Positions 1 through 10,369 are shown, numbered from the stretch's first letter. The stretch is 35,922 nucleotides of DNA from a virus (IMGVR_UViG_3300029179_000014:1-35922); one strand, 5' to 3'. Numbers and translations: made by a program. Notes: generated by a model not told the origin, from the sequence alone.

Positions 1-17
1 GTTTCCCAGTCACGATC
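1..17 (+). other. Random-amplification (Round A/B, SISPA) primer sequence; library artefact
   Basis: GTTTCCCAGTCACGATC is the standard primer-B tag. Its exact reverse complement closes the contig at 35906-35922. Confidence 0.9.
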
Positions 18-18
18 C

Positions 19-1941
19 ATGCAGCAATCTGAAATCAATACCAATGCTCAGAAACAATTAGCCATTACCCAATCAACTGCGAGGGAGTCGGCACAGGTAG
101 AGGTTACCCTGGCGAAGCGCGCTCAATTGCAAGCGCAGATGGAAGAGGCTCTCAAGCGGTTTAACAATGAAACTCAGAGGCAGATTTTGGGATTGGAATC
201 TGGTAACAAGGCTCTTGCCAACCAGACCAAAAACCTAGAACTGCAAAAATCGCTAGTAGAAAGTCGCACCCAACTAACACAAACTCAGCAACAAAACGAA
301 GAAGCTAGGTTACAAAATCAACTCAAACTTACGGGCGACATTGTAACCCGCGCCACCATCGAGCGGCAGATGGCAGAGGCAAGGCTTAACAACTTGTCTC
401 GCACTCAAGAATCGGAGTTGCGAAGCCTGGGAATTAACCAACAAATTGCCGCGTTGAACCTGGAACAAGAAGCCTCATCAAACCGCATCGCGCAGATCGA
501 GAATCAGCGAAGCATCCTCCAAACGCAGATGGAGTTGAGTAAGGCGAGGATGGAAGGTAGGTCGCGCGCCGAGATCGAAGCGATTGAGTTGCAGGTAATG
601 TCGCTCAAGGAACAAGGTAAGCAATTAACGAATCAAGAAGGTTTCTTACAAAAACAAAAGACGACGCAGTTAGAAATCAACCAAAACGCCGAAGCTGAGT
701 TGCGATCGCGTCAAGCTGTCGCCAGAGAAACTGCCCAAATTGAAGCATCGCTTTCTCGTCACGCCGAACTGTCTGCCAAGATTGAAAAACAGGTGCGACA
801 GATCGAGCTTGCCGAGCGATCGCGTCAACTTAACGCCGAAGCCCAAGTGCAAAAACAAGAAGCGCTTACTTCCGTTCTGGATAAGCAGAAAACTTTATTA
901 GAAGCGCAGAAAACTTTACTGGATTCAAGAACCAATCGCGTCACTTCCGACCTCCAATTAGCCATTGAAGCCACCAAGTCCGAGAACCGGAAGAAACAAT
1001 TAGCCGAAACCATCGCCGGAATTAAACTGCGATCGCTCACCGCTCAGCAGCAAATGGAGCGACAGGTGCTGGAATTAAACCTAGCCCAACAAAAGGCGCA
1101 ACTGGAGACTGAAAAAATCCGCAACCGGATGGCGCAGTCTCAAAATCTAGCAGAAGTTGCCAAGGCCAGAGCCGAACTATCTAAAACGCTGGCATCGCCC
1201 ACCGCGTCGGCGGAAGATAAGCAAGCCGCGCTGCTAGATTTACGCGCCAAACTAGAACAGCAAGCTAGCCTACGGTTTGGAGCCGAAATGCTCGATCGAC
1301 AAGGGTTGATTCAAGATACCTTAGCCAACTTCCAGCGGGAAGGCTTGGGTAACCAGCAACGCACCGCTGTTGACCAGGCGCGATTGGAGCTTGCCAACAA
1401 CATGTCATCGGAAAGCGCGAAAAAAGCCGCGTTGAGGCAGTTAAATCAAGAAGTTATGAGCCGGTTGACCGGCATACCTCAAGACCAAGTGGGACAGCGT
1501 TCGTACCAAGTCGGGCAAATGCTTGACGCCTTCAACCGTTCCAATCGCGGGGAAAATCTCACCCCGACGCAGTTGATGGATGCAGGCGCTATCGGTAGTA
1601 GGGTGGCAACCGGAGTGCCGCAAGTTGCAATTCCTATCGTTCCTGACTTCGAGCGGTTCAGGAAAGACGCGATCGCGCAAATGCAGGAGTTTGAATTAAA
1701 GCCGATTAAAGTATCGGTCGAGCAACCAGTATTAGATTTAAAAGCTAACGCGAAGATTGCATCAAAGCCTAGCGATGGCAAGCCAACTAAGACCTTACAA
1801 GGAGATGTAATATTGCAAAATCAAATCCACATCCATTTAGAATCTAAAGACCAAAAAGATTTAGGCCAGAAGCTAGAAGGCGAAATCTTAAACAGCATGG
1901 ACAACGTGTGGAAAATAGTTGAGCAGAGGTTGCGCCAATGA
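19..1941 (+). CDS. Long Q/E/L/A-rich coiled-coil protein, probable C-terminal part of a tail tape measure protein (5' partial)
   Basis: 640-aa heptad-rich helical sequence lying upstream of structural genes. It begins immediately after the primer, so the true start is missing. Confidence 0.55.
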   Translation: MQQSEINTNAQKQLAITQSTARESAQVEVTLAKRAQLQAQMEEALKRFNNETQRQILGLESGNKALANQTKNLELQKSLVESRTQLTQTQQQNEEARLQNQLKLTGDIVTRATIERQMAEARLNNLSRTQESELRSLGINQQIAALNLEQEASSNRIAQIENQRSILQTQMELSKARMEGRSRAEIEAIELQVMSLKEQGKQLTNQEGFLQKQKTTQLEINQNAEAELRSRQAVARETAQIEASLSRHAELSAKIEKQVRQIELAERSRQLNAEAQVQKQEALTSVLDKQKTLLEAQKTLLDSRTNRVTSDLQLAIEATKSENRKKQLAETIAGIKLRSLTAQQQMERQVLELNLAQQKAQLETEKIRNRMAQSQNLAEVAKARAELSKTLASPTASAEDKQAALLDLRAKLEQQASLRFGAEMLDRQGLIQDTLANFQREGLGNQQRTAVDQARLELANNMSSESAKKAALRQLNQEVMSRLTGIPQDQVGQRSYQVGQMLDAFNRSNRGENLTPTQLMDAGAIGSRVATGVPQVAIPIVPDFERFRKDAIAQMQEFELKPIKVSVEQPVLDLKANAKIASKPSDGKPTKTLQGDVILQNQIHIHLESKDQKDLGQKLEGEILNSMDNVWKIVEQRLRQ

Positions 1942-2477
1942 GTTTGATTGTTGAAAAAGTTATTATATTTTGTCCGCCGCACTTATCGACCAAATACGGC
2001 CCGGCGATTCCCGAATTGTTCGCCGGTTCCAACCTCCACCTAAAAGTTCCCCACTCCCAATACGCTGAGATTATTGAAGGAGAAGAGTGCAAGTTTTACG
2101 ACTTCTTTAAAGGTGTAGGCGTCACCGTAACGCGCAGGCGGGTTGGGTGCAACATCACGGTAAAAGACCAAAGGCACGAGTTGCGATTGTGTCTCGAGGA
2201 ATTGGCAGCGCTCTCGCTGTCAAGCAACTTTAAGCAATACGCGCTAATTACAATGCACGATTATACGGGTGTTGACTGGGCGAATTACGCTCAAGGGTAC
2301 GTTGTTAGGAAGGGTAAACTAGGAGGTTTTGAAGGATTGGATGGTGACGGTGCTTCTCGTAAAGGATATACTAGATGCGATCGCACAGATGTTCCCGATT
2401 CTCCCAAAAGGCTTTTTAGTGGAGGGTTTCGGTTTAGGTTTACTGAGTACGAGTTGAGTAGAAATAAATTGGTTTAA
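1938..2477 (+). CDS. Hypothetical protein, possibly a tail component
   Basis: ATGA overlap with the upstream stop codon; 179 aa; position directly after the tape-measure-like gene. Confidence 0.6.
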   Translation: MSLIVEKVIIFCPPHLSTKYGPAIPELFAGSNLHLKVPHSQYAEIIEGEECKFYDFFKGVGVTVTRRRVGCNITVKDQRHELRLCLEELAALSLSSNFKQYALITMHDYTGVDWANYAQGYVVRKGKLGGFEGLDGDGASRKGYTRCDRTDVPDSPKRLFSGGFRFRFTEYELSRNKLV

Positions 2478-2481
2478 TCTT

Positions 2482-2553
2482 ATGGATAACAAATTAGTAC
2501 TGCCTTGCGATGTTGGGGAAGTCTCTGATGGATATCACACATTTAACGAACTC
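2482..2553 (+). pseudogene. 5' fragment of a WDGH-domain-like phage gene, cut by the IS
   Basis: ATG at 2482 reads MDNKLVLPCDVGEVSDGYHTFNEL. SDGYHTFxEL is a recognisable phage protein motif normally followed by Y-x-HR. The frame then runs into the IS left end and stops at 2592. Confidence 0.65.
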
Positions 2554-3877
2554 GCGGAATTCCCCACTCGCCTACGCGGTGGGGATGGATAGCGACAGCG
2601 CGGTAGCGCTAATCTCTCGCTTCTACACAAACAACTTACCATTAACTCTGTTTATGCTAAGATATAAGTATGAAACACGCAGTCAAGGTACGAATTTATC
2701 CGACCGATAAGCAAATCGAAGCGCTATCTAAAGCGTTTGGATGTGCAAGATGGTTTTGGAATAACTCGTTAGCTGAAACGAATCGACTCTATAAAGAAAC
2801 GGGTAAGGGTTTATCCCGGCAAGGAATGAATGACCGATTACCCGCACTTAAGAAAGAGTTTGAATGGTTAGCAGAACCTTACAGCCAAGTGCTGCAAAGC
2901 GTGTCTCTGAACTTATCGAGAGCATTTATCAACTTCTTTGAGGGACGGGCATCATTCCCAAACTTCAAATCGAAGCAGGGTAAGCAATCGATTCAATATC
3001 CTCAGAACGTCAAAATCACAGATGAAGGCTTGAAGCTTCCCAAAATCGGGATTGTTCCTGCCAAAATTCATCGGGTGTTTGATGGCAAGCTGAAAACCGT
3101 TACTGTTTCTCTCACGCCTTCGGGTAAGTATTTTGCGTCATTGCTATTTGACGACGAACAACCAGAGGCAGAGAAATCAATTGACGGTAAGGCTGTTGGT
3201 ATTGATTTGGGTCTAACTCATTTTGCGATTACTTCTGACGGCTCCAAGTTTGATAATCCGAGAACATTGAAAAAGCATTCTCGCAACCTCAAACGCAAGC
3301 AACAGAAGCTATCTCGCAAACAGAAAGGCTCAAGTCGTCGCAAGAAAGCACGTCGCATCGTGGCAAGAGTTCACGAAAAGATTGCGAACGTGAGAAAAGA
3401 CTTTCTGCATAAGTTGTCGCGCAAAATGGTCAACGAAAACCAAGTGATCTGTGTTGAAAACTTAGCAGTAAAGAACATGGTGAAGAATCACAATTTGGCG
3501 AAAGCGATTAGCGATGCCAGTTGGAGCGAGTTCACCACAATGCTCAAATATAAAGCAGGGCAAGACGGGAAGATTTATCAAGAGGTTGACCGATTTTTTC
3601 CGTCAAGCAAGACCTGCTCAGTATGCCTCAATCGAGTTGGAAGTTTAGCCCTAGATATTCGGTCATGGCAGTGTCAGAACTGCGGTACAAAACATGACCG
3701 TGATGTGAATGCAGCAATCAACATTCGAGATGAAGGACTACGAATCTTGGCGTTAGGAACTAGCGCTTCTGTCAATGGACGGGATGTAAGTCCGAAGGTT
3801 GGAAGGAAATCTTCCGTATCTAAGGCTGTCCCGGTTGAAGTTGGAAGCCCCATCCGCCATGCGGTGGGGTAGTTCAC
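2554..3877 (+). mobile_element. IS200/IS605-family (IS1341-type, tnpB-only) element
   Basis: Left-end hairpin CCCCAC..GCGGTGGGG (about 2562-2584), related right-end hairpin CCCCATCCGC..GCGGTGGGG ending TAGTTCAC at 3877, tnpB between them, no tnpA, no HIP1 seen. The left boundary is approximate. Confidence 0.8.
2670..3872 (+). CDS. tnpB: RNA-guided endonuclease TnpB
   Basis: N-terminal KVRIYPT..FGCAR HTH, RuvC motifs GIDLG / VENL / DRDVNAA, and zinc finger CSVC..CQNC. Catalytic D-E-D residues are intact. Confidence 0.95.
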   Translation: MKHAVKVRIYPTDKQIEALSKAFGCARWFWNNSLAETNRLYKETGKGLSRQGMNDRLPALKKEFEWLAEPYSQVLQSVSLNLSRAFINFFEGRASFPNFKSKQGKQSIQYPQNVKITDEGLKLPKIGIVPAKIHRVFDGKLKTVTVSLTPSGKYFASLLFDDEQPEAEKSIDGKAVGIDLGLTHFAITSDGSKFDNPRTLKKHSRNLKRKQQKLSRKQKGSSRRKKARRIVARVHEKIANVRKDFLHKLSRKMVNENQVICVENLAVKNMVKNHNLAKAISDASWSEFTTMLKYKAGQDGKIYQEVDRFFPSSKTCSVCLNRVGSLALDIRSWQCQNCGTKHDRDVNAAINIRDEGLRILALGTSASVNGRDVSPKVGRKSSVSKAVPVEVGSPIRHAVG

Positions 3878-6800
3878 CTAACAATCGCTTCCTCATCATT
3901 GCGGATGTCAGCGATCGCGCGCTTTAATTCGCCAACGTCGCTAGACTGCCGGACGAGCGCGGCAAGTTGAGCGTCAGATTTAACCCGAAGCCCTTCAATC
4001 TGTTTCTGCAATCGTTGCCCGCGCTGAGAGCCTTCACCAAGTATTTGCAGCTGTTCCGTCAAGTTTTGCAGCTGGCGAGTTGTGTTTCCTAACTGTTTCT
4101 GCTTTTGAGATAGATCCCTCTCCAGAACCGCTAACAGCTCCTTCAACTCGCTTAACCGGCGATACTGCTCTGGTGGCAACCTCAACTCGCGGATTTCGCG
4201 CGTTATTTGGTTAACGCGATCGCTCCCTTTAGCAATTTCGGTTTGCAGTTTAGCAATCTGCTGCGTTTTACGATTGGTAGTTGGTGCTGCGGTAAGCGCG
4301 TCAATTTGCTGCTGTTTGGATTGCAATTGTTTGATGATGAGATCGCGCTCGTCAGCCAGGGATTGAATCTGAGGGGCGCGGGATCGATCGGGCGGGATGA
4401 CAATCTCGACGGGTTTGGCAAGGGAACTGATGGTGCGGTCGATCTCCTGAATCTGTTCGACGCCAGCGTTGACCTGCCTTGCTAGCTCATTGTAAGCATC
4501 TCCACTCGATCCAGCTAATTGGACTCGAAGTTGAGCATCAAGCGCCATCAATTCTCGCCGCTGGCGCTGCAATTGCAGGATGCGCCTATCGGTTCCCGCT
4601 ACCCGGAGGTCGGTTAGTTCTTCGGTTAGCTTGTCTAGTTGTTGCAGTAAAGATTGTCTGTCGATCGCCTTGTTGTTGATGTCAAAGGTGAAGTTGCGGT
4701 TTGTGTCAGCAGCGATCCTTTCTTTGATGGCGATCGCATCTTGATACGCTTGCTCGATAAATTGCGATTGTTCGATCCTCACGCGACCAATTTCGTTTAA
4801 TAAATCTTGCTTAAATTGAGTTACCTTACGATTTAATTCGTCAATAGGCGCAGGGACTAAATCGGTCGTTCCACCGCGAGAAGTTTTCAATTCTCCATAC
4901 TTACGCTCCCATTCTTCTAGATCGATTAAAACTTGACGCGAATACCCTAAAGCATCTTCCAGCGTTACTTGAGGATAAACATTCTGGACGTTCCCAGAAG
5001 TTCTTGCTGCTTCAATGTCTCGCCATAAGCTATTCAGCCTATTCCTGGTAGAGCCGATATTCTCTAAATTAAGAGAATTAGTTCTCACTCCTGCCCAATA
5101 ATTTTCCCAATCTTGAGCAAAGTTGAGCAGATTGGAAAACAGAACTTGCTTATTTTGGGGGTCTAAATATTTAAACTCGCTAAGTTGTTTAATTGACTCA
5201 ATATTTCCAGCAACTCGATTGACATTGGTTTTGGCTTGCTGCACCAATTCGCGCAAAGCACTGCGCGCGCCTGGAGGTTCCATCCCTTGAAGCGCGATCG
5301 CCAAATCGCTGGGAACGTCGGTCAAAGTCCAGCCATCCCATTGCAGCAACCAATTAACGTGGGGCGTGGTCTTTAGCTGTTGCAACGCTTCGGTTGCACT
5401 TTTTAATCTGTCTTGTAGGACGGGACTGTAACTGCGCTCAAAGTCGCCAATCTGCTGGTTATATCGCTCGAAATATCCCTGCCTGGATTGTTCGATGTTA
5501 CGCAGGTTTTGGTTAGCAATCTCGGTAGTTTGACGGTACTGTTTGGTTTGGTTGGCTATGCGGTTTTGGATCGTTCTTAAATCGCGCACCTGGTCGTAGG
5601 TAACGCGATCTTCAAGAGATAGTTGATTTTTGAGTAGCGGCAAACGGTTCAGCCTTTGTTGCAGCGCGTCGATCCGGAAGGCGATCGCTTGCGCGTTTAA
5701 CTGAACTTGTTCGAGTCTGGTTCTTAATTGGTTAGAGGCATCGAGCAATGGCCTAATTGAATTGCGCTTCGCCGATTGCAGATCCGACAGTTGCTGCATC
5801 AAATCTTCCGACTGTCGTTGCATGGCGATTAATTGCTGCAATGACTGCAAACGCCAATCCGAAACAATCGCTCCATCAATTTGTTGGCGGTCTAGTATTT
5901 GTTGCTGCCAAGATTGAATATCCCCTTGCAATTGCTCGATTTGACGGTTAAGTTTTTGAACATTTCTTTGACGTTCAAACTTAGACAGGTTGGCTTCTAT
6001 TTGTTGCGTTAACCTATTGATGCTTTGAGGAGAAAGCGAGCCGACTTGGCTCAGATCCAACTGCAAACGCCTAATCTCTGCTAATTGACTCTGGATTTGT
6101 TGGGGGGCTGATTCAAAATAATTGGGAGCTAAGGGGTCGAATAAATTAGCAAAATTAGATTCTAGATTGCTGACAATTGCTTCTATTTGATTAACTATAG
6201 GCTCGCTCGCCGATAACCTTTGCAAGCTGGCGTCGTACTGCGATCGCAAACTTGCAATTTCATCTAATTGTCGCTGCAACCTTTGGTCGGGTTTGTCTAT
6301 CAGCTGACGATACCGCTCTGAAATCTCGCTGGCTTTCAAGCCAAGTTCGTCACCCGTTTGGGTTAGTTGCTGCCGCAACTGCTGGGATTCTAGCTGGGCG
6401 GGATTGACAACCTCTTGCTGACGAGGAACCGAGCGATATGGGGCAGGCGTTCTAGTTGGGGACGGAGGTGCTGCGGGGGGATTCGGTCTGCCGATGACCT
6501 CTCTTCTAGCAGCGCTAGGGAGATCGGCGCCTCGAATACTGTAGGGCGTTGGCGGAGACGGCGGGGTGTCGCCGACGCTGACTCCAACTTGTTGCTTCGC
6601 TCGTTGAATGATGCGATTTTGCAGGAAGATGGCGCGATCGCGCATGTTGCGGATCGTTGTTGGCCCAATTCCTTTAAGCCTCATTCTCCTTTCAAAATCT
6701 TGAATGTTGGCGAACTGACCGTTGCGCTGCAACTCCTCAATAATCGATTGAGCTTGAGCCTTGGTCAACCCTAGATTGCTTGCCCACAGTTGCGCGGGAC

Positions 6801-8268
6801 TAACGGCGTTATTGATGAAAACCGACAAAGGTAGGTTGTTGTAGTAAAGATTTTTAAGGCGTTCTACCGTCTTAGTTCCCAATCCCTCTACATATTTAAG
6901 ATCGTCGATTGAAGATAGCGGGTTGGCGTTGCGATAGCGAATCAGTGCGTTGATCTGACCAACGTTAAATTGACGCGGAGGCAGCACGTTTTGCAGTTCC
7001 TCAAAACTGGCTCTGTTGAGATCTATGCCCAGTATCTGAATTGCTGGCCTACCAGCTTTAAGCGCTAAAACAGCGGGAATGGGTTGGGGAGGTTGAACGG
7101 TTGGGGGTACTGTGACGGGAGATGACCAGGCTTCCTCATCGGGTTGGATGGTTGGGGCGACTTCTTGTGGAACTGTTTCTACTTGTTGCGCTACAGGTGC
7201 GGTAACGGGTGCAGTAACTAAATCTTCCAACCCTACGTCTTCATAATCAGCCAAAGTTTCACCCGTAGCTTGGGCGATCGCTCCCACAACGTTGACCGCA
7301 TCAACCGTTGCACCAACCCCAAGCACGCCGAGAGCGGGGACGGTCAATTTTTGGGCTGCTTGCTTCATACTGCCCAACAGCACCGCTGCCAAGACTGCCG
7401 CCGCCAACCATTTAACTGGGGCAGCAACGGGGGGAGTTTGAGTTTCTACTCTTTGACCTGGGACGGCAAGGATAGGCGACAGTACGCAGCGACAGTTCGG
7501 GTGCATGGGGGGAGTGCTGGCTGCTAAGTTTTGCGGATCGTCCAGGCGAAAAGTTAGATTGTTGCGGCTTGAGCAGACCGGACAAGTGCGTTCGTCGGAG
7601 ATTGCATAAAATCTCACCGCTTCTACCAACCCAGACTCGCGATAAGTAGCGAGGCGACCTGCGTTGTAGGCAAAGGTTAGTTCGGTTCTTGCGATCTGCT
7701 TCGCGCGGTTTTCAAACCTAACTCCACCTAATTCTTGAGAGATGCGAGATACCAATTCGTCGCGACTAATTGGATTGCCTGTGTCGGGTTGAGGAGTGAC
7801 GGCGGCGAGTAAGTGTTGCCTAATTCTGGCGAATTCTTGATTCGTGACATCGCGACTTAAACGGTTAATTCGAGCGCGAATCGCTCTCTCAGCTTGGACA
7901 TTTCTGATCGATACGCCCTGTTGAGGTTCGGAAAATTCAACGTATTGGGAGAACGAGACGTGCGGAGTCGCCGCACGTTTGGGAGAAATTTCGCGCTTTG
8001 CATCCCTTCCTCCCAATCGCCACCCCGATAGCCACAATCCCCAGAGGATGCGTTCAAATTCTGGTAGGGCAGTCCATTTGGCGGATTGAACCTTATCAAC
8101 ATTACCGGAGGCGATCGCTCCCTCAAGTTGAGAAAGCAATGCTTTGGCGCGAGAATTGACGCAGGATTTTAGTTGGGTGGCGATCGCTTGCTCGACCTTG
8201 CCCAAGTCCTTTAATACCGCAGCTTCCCAAGCTGTGGGTGTATGCTGAGAGAAAACTGAATCGTACAT
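3874..8268 (-). CDS. Phage minor head protein (MuF / SPP1 gp7 family) fused to a hydrophobic segment, two ComEA-like helix-hairpin-helix modules and a long coiled coil
   Basis: IARTE...AYNAGR...DERTCPVC...PPMHPNCRC is the MuF signature. IDLNRAS..EGLGTKTVE and INNA..KGIGPTTI are HhH-like. The C-terminal ~850 aa are heptad- and Q-rich. The stop codon lies inside the IS right end. Confidence 0.85.
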   Translation of the reverse strand: MYDSVFSQHTPTAWEAAVLKDLGKVEQAIATQLKSCVNSRAKALLSQLEGAIASGNVDKVQSAKWTALPEFERILWGLWLSGWRLGGRDAKREISPKRAATPHVSFSQYVEFSEPQQGVSIRNVQAERAIRARINRLSRDVTNQEFARIRQHLLAAVTPQPDTGNPISRDELVSRISQELGGVRFENRAKQIARTELTFAYNAGRLATYRESGLVEAVRFYAISDERTCPVCSSRNNLTFRLDDPQNLAASTPPMHPNCRCVLSPILAVPGQRVETQTPPVAAPVKWLAAAVLAAVLLGSMKQAAQKLTVPALGVLGVGATVDAVNVVGAIAQATGETLADYEDVGLEDLVTAPVTAPVAQQVETVPQEVAPTIQPDEEAWSSPVTVPPTVQPPQPIPAVLALKAGRPAIQILGIDLNRASFEELQNVLPPRQFNVGQINALIRYRNANPLSSIDDLKYVEGLGTKTVERLKNLYYNNLPLSVFINNAVSPAQLWASNLGLTKAQAQSIIEELQRNGQFANIQDFERRMRLKGIGPTTIRNMRDRAIFLQNRIIQRAKQQVGVSVGDTPPSPPTPYSIRGADLPSAARREVIGRPNPPAAPPSPTRTPAPYRSVPRQQEVVNPAQLESQQLRQQLTQTGDELGLKASEISERYRQLIDKPDQRLQRQLDEIASLRSQYDASLQRLSASEPIVNQIEAIVSNLESNFANLFDPLAPNYFESAPQQIQSQLAEIRRLQLDLSQVGSLSPQSINRLTQQIEANLSKFERQRNVQKLNRQIEQLQGDIQSWQQQILDRQQIDGAIVSDWRLQSLQQLIAMQRQSEDLMQQLSDLQSAKRNSIRPLLDASNQLRTRLEQVQLNAQAIAFRIDALQQRLNRLPLLKNQLSLEDRVTYDQVRDLRTIQNRIANQTKQYRQTTEIANQNLRNIEQSRQGYFERYNQQIGDFERSYSPVLQDRLKSATEALQQLKTTPHVNWLLQWDGWTLTDVPSDLAIALQGMEPPGARSALRELVQQAKTNVNRVAGNIESIKQLSEFKYLDPQNKQVLFSNLLNFAQDWENYWAGVRTNSLNLENIGSTRNRLNSLWRDIEAARTSGNVQNVYPQVTLEDALGYSRQVLIDLEEWERKYGELKTSRGGTTDLVPAPIDELNRKVTQFKQDLLNEIGRVRIEQSQFIEQAYQDAIAIKERIAADTNRNFTFDINNKAIDRQSLLQQLDKLTEELTDLRVAGTDRRILQLQRQRRELMALDAQLRVQLAGSSGDAYNELARQVNAGVEQIQEIDRTISSLAKPVEIVIPPDRSRAPQIQSLADERDLIIKQLQSKQQQIDALTAAPTTNRKTQQIAKLQTEIAKGSDRVNQITREIRELRLPPEQYRRLSELKELLAVLERDLSQKQKQLGNTTRQLQNLTEQLQILGEGSQRGQRLQKQIEGLRVKSDAQLAALVRQSSDVGELKRAIADIRNDEEAIVR

Positions 8269-9579
8269 ATGGTTTCATTATATTTGCCTTCACCCGAACA
8301 ACTTGCGCCATTAGTAGAAGAAGTTGCGAACGAATTTGTTCAAATTGCCACGCAAGGAGACGAGCTTTACACGCTAGACGAACTGCACAGAATGGTGAGA
8401 TTGGATGCGCCGTCGCGCGCGGCGTTGGCTTTAATTTCTCAAAGGGCATCAGTAGCACTGGGAAATTACGCTCACCCAGATCCAAAAATGTACAAGGTTA
8501 GAGGAGGGCGCAGACAGACAGTCACTGAATGGATTAGAAGCAATTTTCAATCCATGAAAGGAACCTTTAGAGCGGTAATCAAGAAAAAGATCGCTCAATC
8601 TTTTGGCTTAGGATATAGCGCCACTCAAATATTGTTTAGCAGTAACGAGCCTGGATTTGCAGGAGAATGGCGATTAGCGAGATTGAATACGCTTGACACT
8701 AAACGGGTTGAGTTTGCTGGGATGAAAGGGCAGATAGACCGGATTATTTATAATAGTTCGACCAAGGGACAGCTTCCACTTGATTATAAATATATTATTC
8801 ATCTAACAAACGACCTATTAGAAAGTCACCCCAAAGGGTATCCGCAAGCAGCGGTAGCTTACCCATTTTTTAAAGCACGGCAATTGCTATTAAAGGAATG
8901 GGCGATCGCGGGTCAAAGGCAGGCGACGGGGTTATTTGTCGTGCAGGTTCCCAGCAATGAGACGGTAAGGTTGCTCAATTCTAGGGGAAAACCTTTAGTT
9001 CGCAACGGGGAAGTCGCCACGGGTAGCGCTGCTGAAGCGGTTTTACTACAAGCACAAGACCTGGGAAATAATGGGGTATTCGTTACCGATATCAAAAACA
9101 GAGTGATGAACCTCCCCCAAACGGCTGGGGAGAACTTCTTTAATCTATCCTGCCAATATTTGCAAAATCAAATTTTTCTGTGCTACGGAATTCCTCAGAC
9201 CATCTTTAATGAGGGGAGCGTGCAGCTAGGATCGGCTGGGGTCAATGCCGGACATCGGTTAATATTAGATTCTTTTATTGAAGGTTTGGTAGCCGCATTA
9301 AAAGAAGAACTAATAGAGAAAGTGATTCGACCGCTATTAACTGCAAACTTCGGTATCCGCGACGAATTTGGCGACTTTCAACAAGAGAAATTTATCGACC
9401 CGACGATGGCGGCGGGTCGAGCCAGTAACATCATTAATGCCTTGTCTATGGGCGTATTGGAGAATACGGATTTAGCAGCCGTTAACAGGTTAAGGACGGA
9501 TTTGGGAATATCGGAATTGTCCCAGGAAGAGTATGATAATAGGATGGTAGCGAAACTGGCGAACGAGCAAACAGGATAA
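8269..9579 (+). CDS. Phage portal protein, DUF935 / Mu gp29-like
   Basis: 436 aa with GYSATQI, FF..L..Y...QI..CYGIP and LIEKVIRPLL..NFG patterns typical of this family; adjacent to the MuF gene. Confidence 0.7.
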   Translation: MVSLYLPSPEQLAPLVEEVANEFVQIATQGDELYTLDELHRMVRLDAPSRAALALISQRASVALGNYAHPDPKMYKVRGGRRQTVTEWIRSNFQSMKGTFRAVIKKKIAQSFGLGYSATQILFSSNEPGFAGEWRLARLNTLDTKRVEFAGMKGQIDRIIYNSSTKGQLPLDYKYIIHLTNDLLESHPKGYPQAAVAYPFFKARQLLLKEWAIAGQRQATGLFVVQVPSNETVRLLNSRGKPLVRNGEVATGSAAEAVLLQAQDLGNNGVFVTDIKNRVMNLPQTAGENFFNLSCQYLQNQIFLCYGIPQTIFNEGSVQLGSAGVNAGHRLILDSFIEGLVAALKEELIEKVIRPLLTANFGIRDEFGDFQQEKFIDPTMAAGRASNIINALSMGVLENTDLAAVNRLRTDLGISELSQEEYDNRMVAKLANEQTG

Positions 9580-9688
9580 GCTAGGAGTGTAGTCTTTGCC
9601 CAAAAATATATTAATCCGATCTTCAATACCGCGACTCATCGTTTTTGCCCTTTCTTTAACAATTACACACTAACTATAACAAGTCGTA

Positions 9689-10369
9689 TTAAAAATTCAG
9701 CACTAACTTAGTCGCTTGCCTTGCCTGCAAAACGATCGGTTCGCTGCAAGTAATCAGTTGTGCGATATCTTCTGTCCCCGCTCCTCCGGCTCCTTCCGCA
9801 TTGGCAAACCTAATAGCAGCAATACTACCAGCGGAAGTAAGGGCAATTAAATTGTTGTTCAAATCTGCAACTTGAAAAGTCTCGCCGCTAACGTTAACAG
9901 CCTTGTATAAAGTTTTCAATAACAACGGCGAAGGCGGAGTGCCGCTAATTAGAACAAACAAACCCCCTTCGCCCATGCTATAACCACAATTAATTCTATT
10001 TTGAGCTACGTTTACGTTGATTCCACCAGCATCTTTATTAGAGCCGTTCTTAACTAAAAATAGTTGATTGAACCTTAAGATGCTGCCGTCTCCCCAACGA
10101 TTGGAAATAAAGACGGTTTTTGGAGCCAATATTTTACCGCTAGGCGCGGAACTAAAATCGGCAGACGACCATCGAACGATCGGCCTTTCACCAACATTGA
10201 CATAGGGCATTGAATCGAAGCATTCGGCGCTAAAGAACTCAGCCCTAGTACTGTTTTCGGTTAACAATGGGTTGGCGTAGCAGGTGACTAGAGCGTAATC
10301 AACATTCTCGTAGAGCGATCGCAATATTTGGCGTACCCTAGATCTAGGTATGGAAACTTGATATTTCAT
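9689..10369 (-). CDS. Hypothetical, probable virion structural protein (226 aa from MKYQVSIP)
   Basis: ATG at 10369 avoids a 200-bp overlap with the opposite-strand gene; beta-rich composition; structural context. Confidence 0.6.
   Translation of the reverse strand: MKYQVSIPRSRVRQILRSLYENVDYALVTCYANPLLTENSTRAEFFSAECFDSMPYVNVGERPIVRWSSADFSSAPSGKILAPKTVFISNRWGDGSILRFNQLFLVKNGSNKDAGGINVNVAQNRINCGYSMGEGGLFVLISGTPPSPLLLKTLYKAVNVSGETFQVADLNNNLIALTSAGSIAAIRFANAEGAGGAGTEDIAQLITCSEPIVLQARQATKLVLNF

Noticed and set aside
4203-8501. Many short ORFs overlapping the MuF gene, and similar ones inside other long genes
   Set aside because: These are shadow or alternate-frame ORFs without motifs or RBS, fully overlapping better-supported genes.
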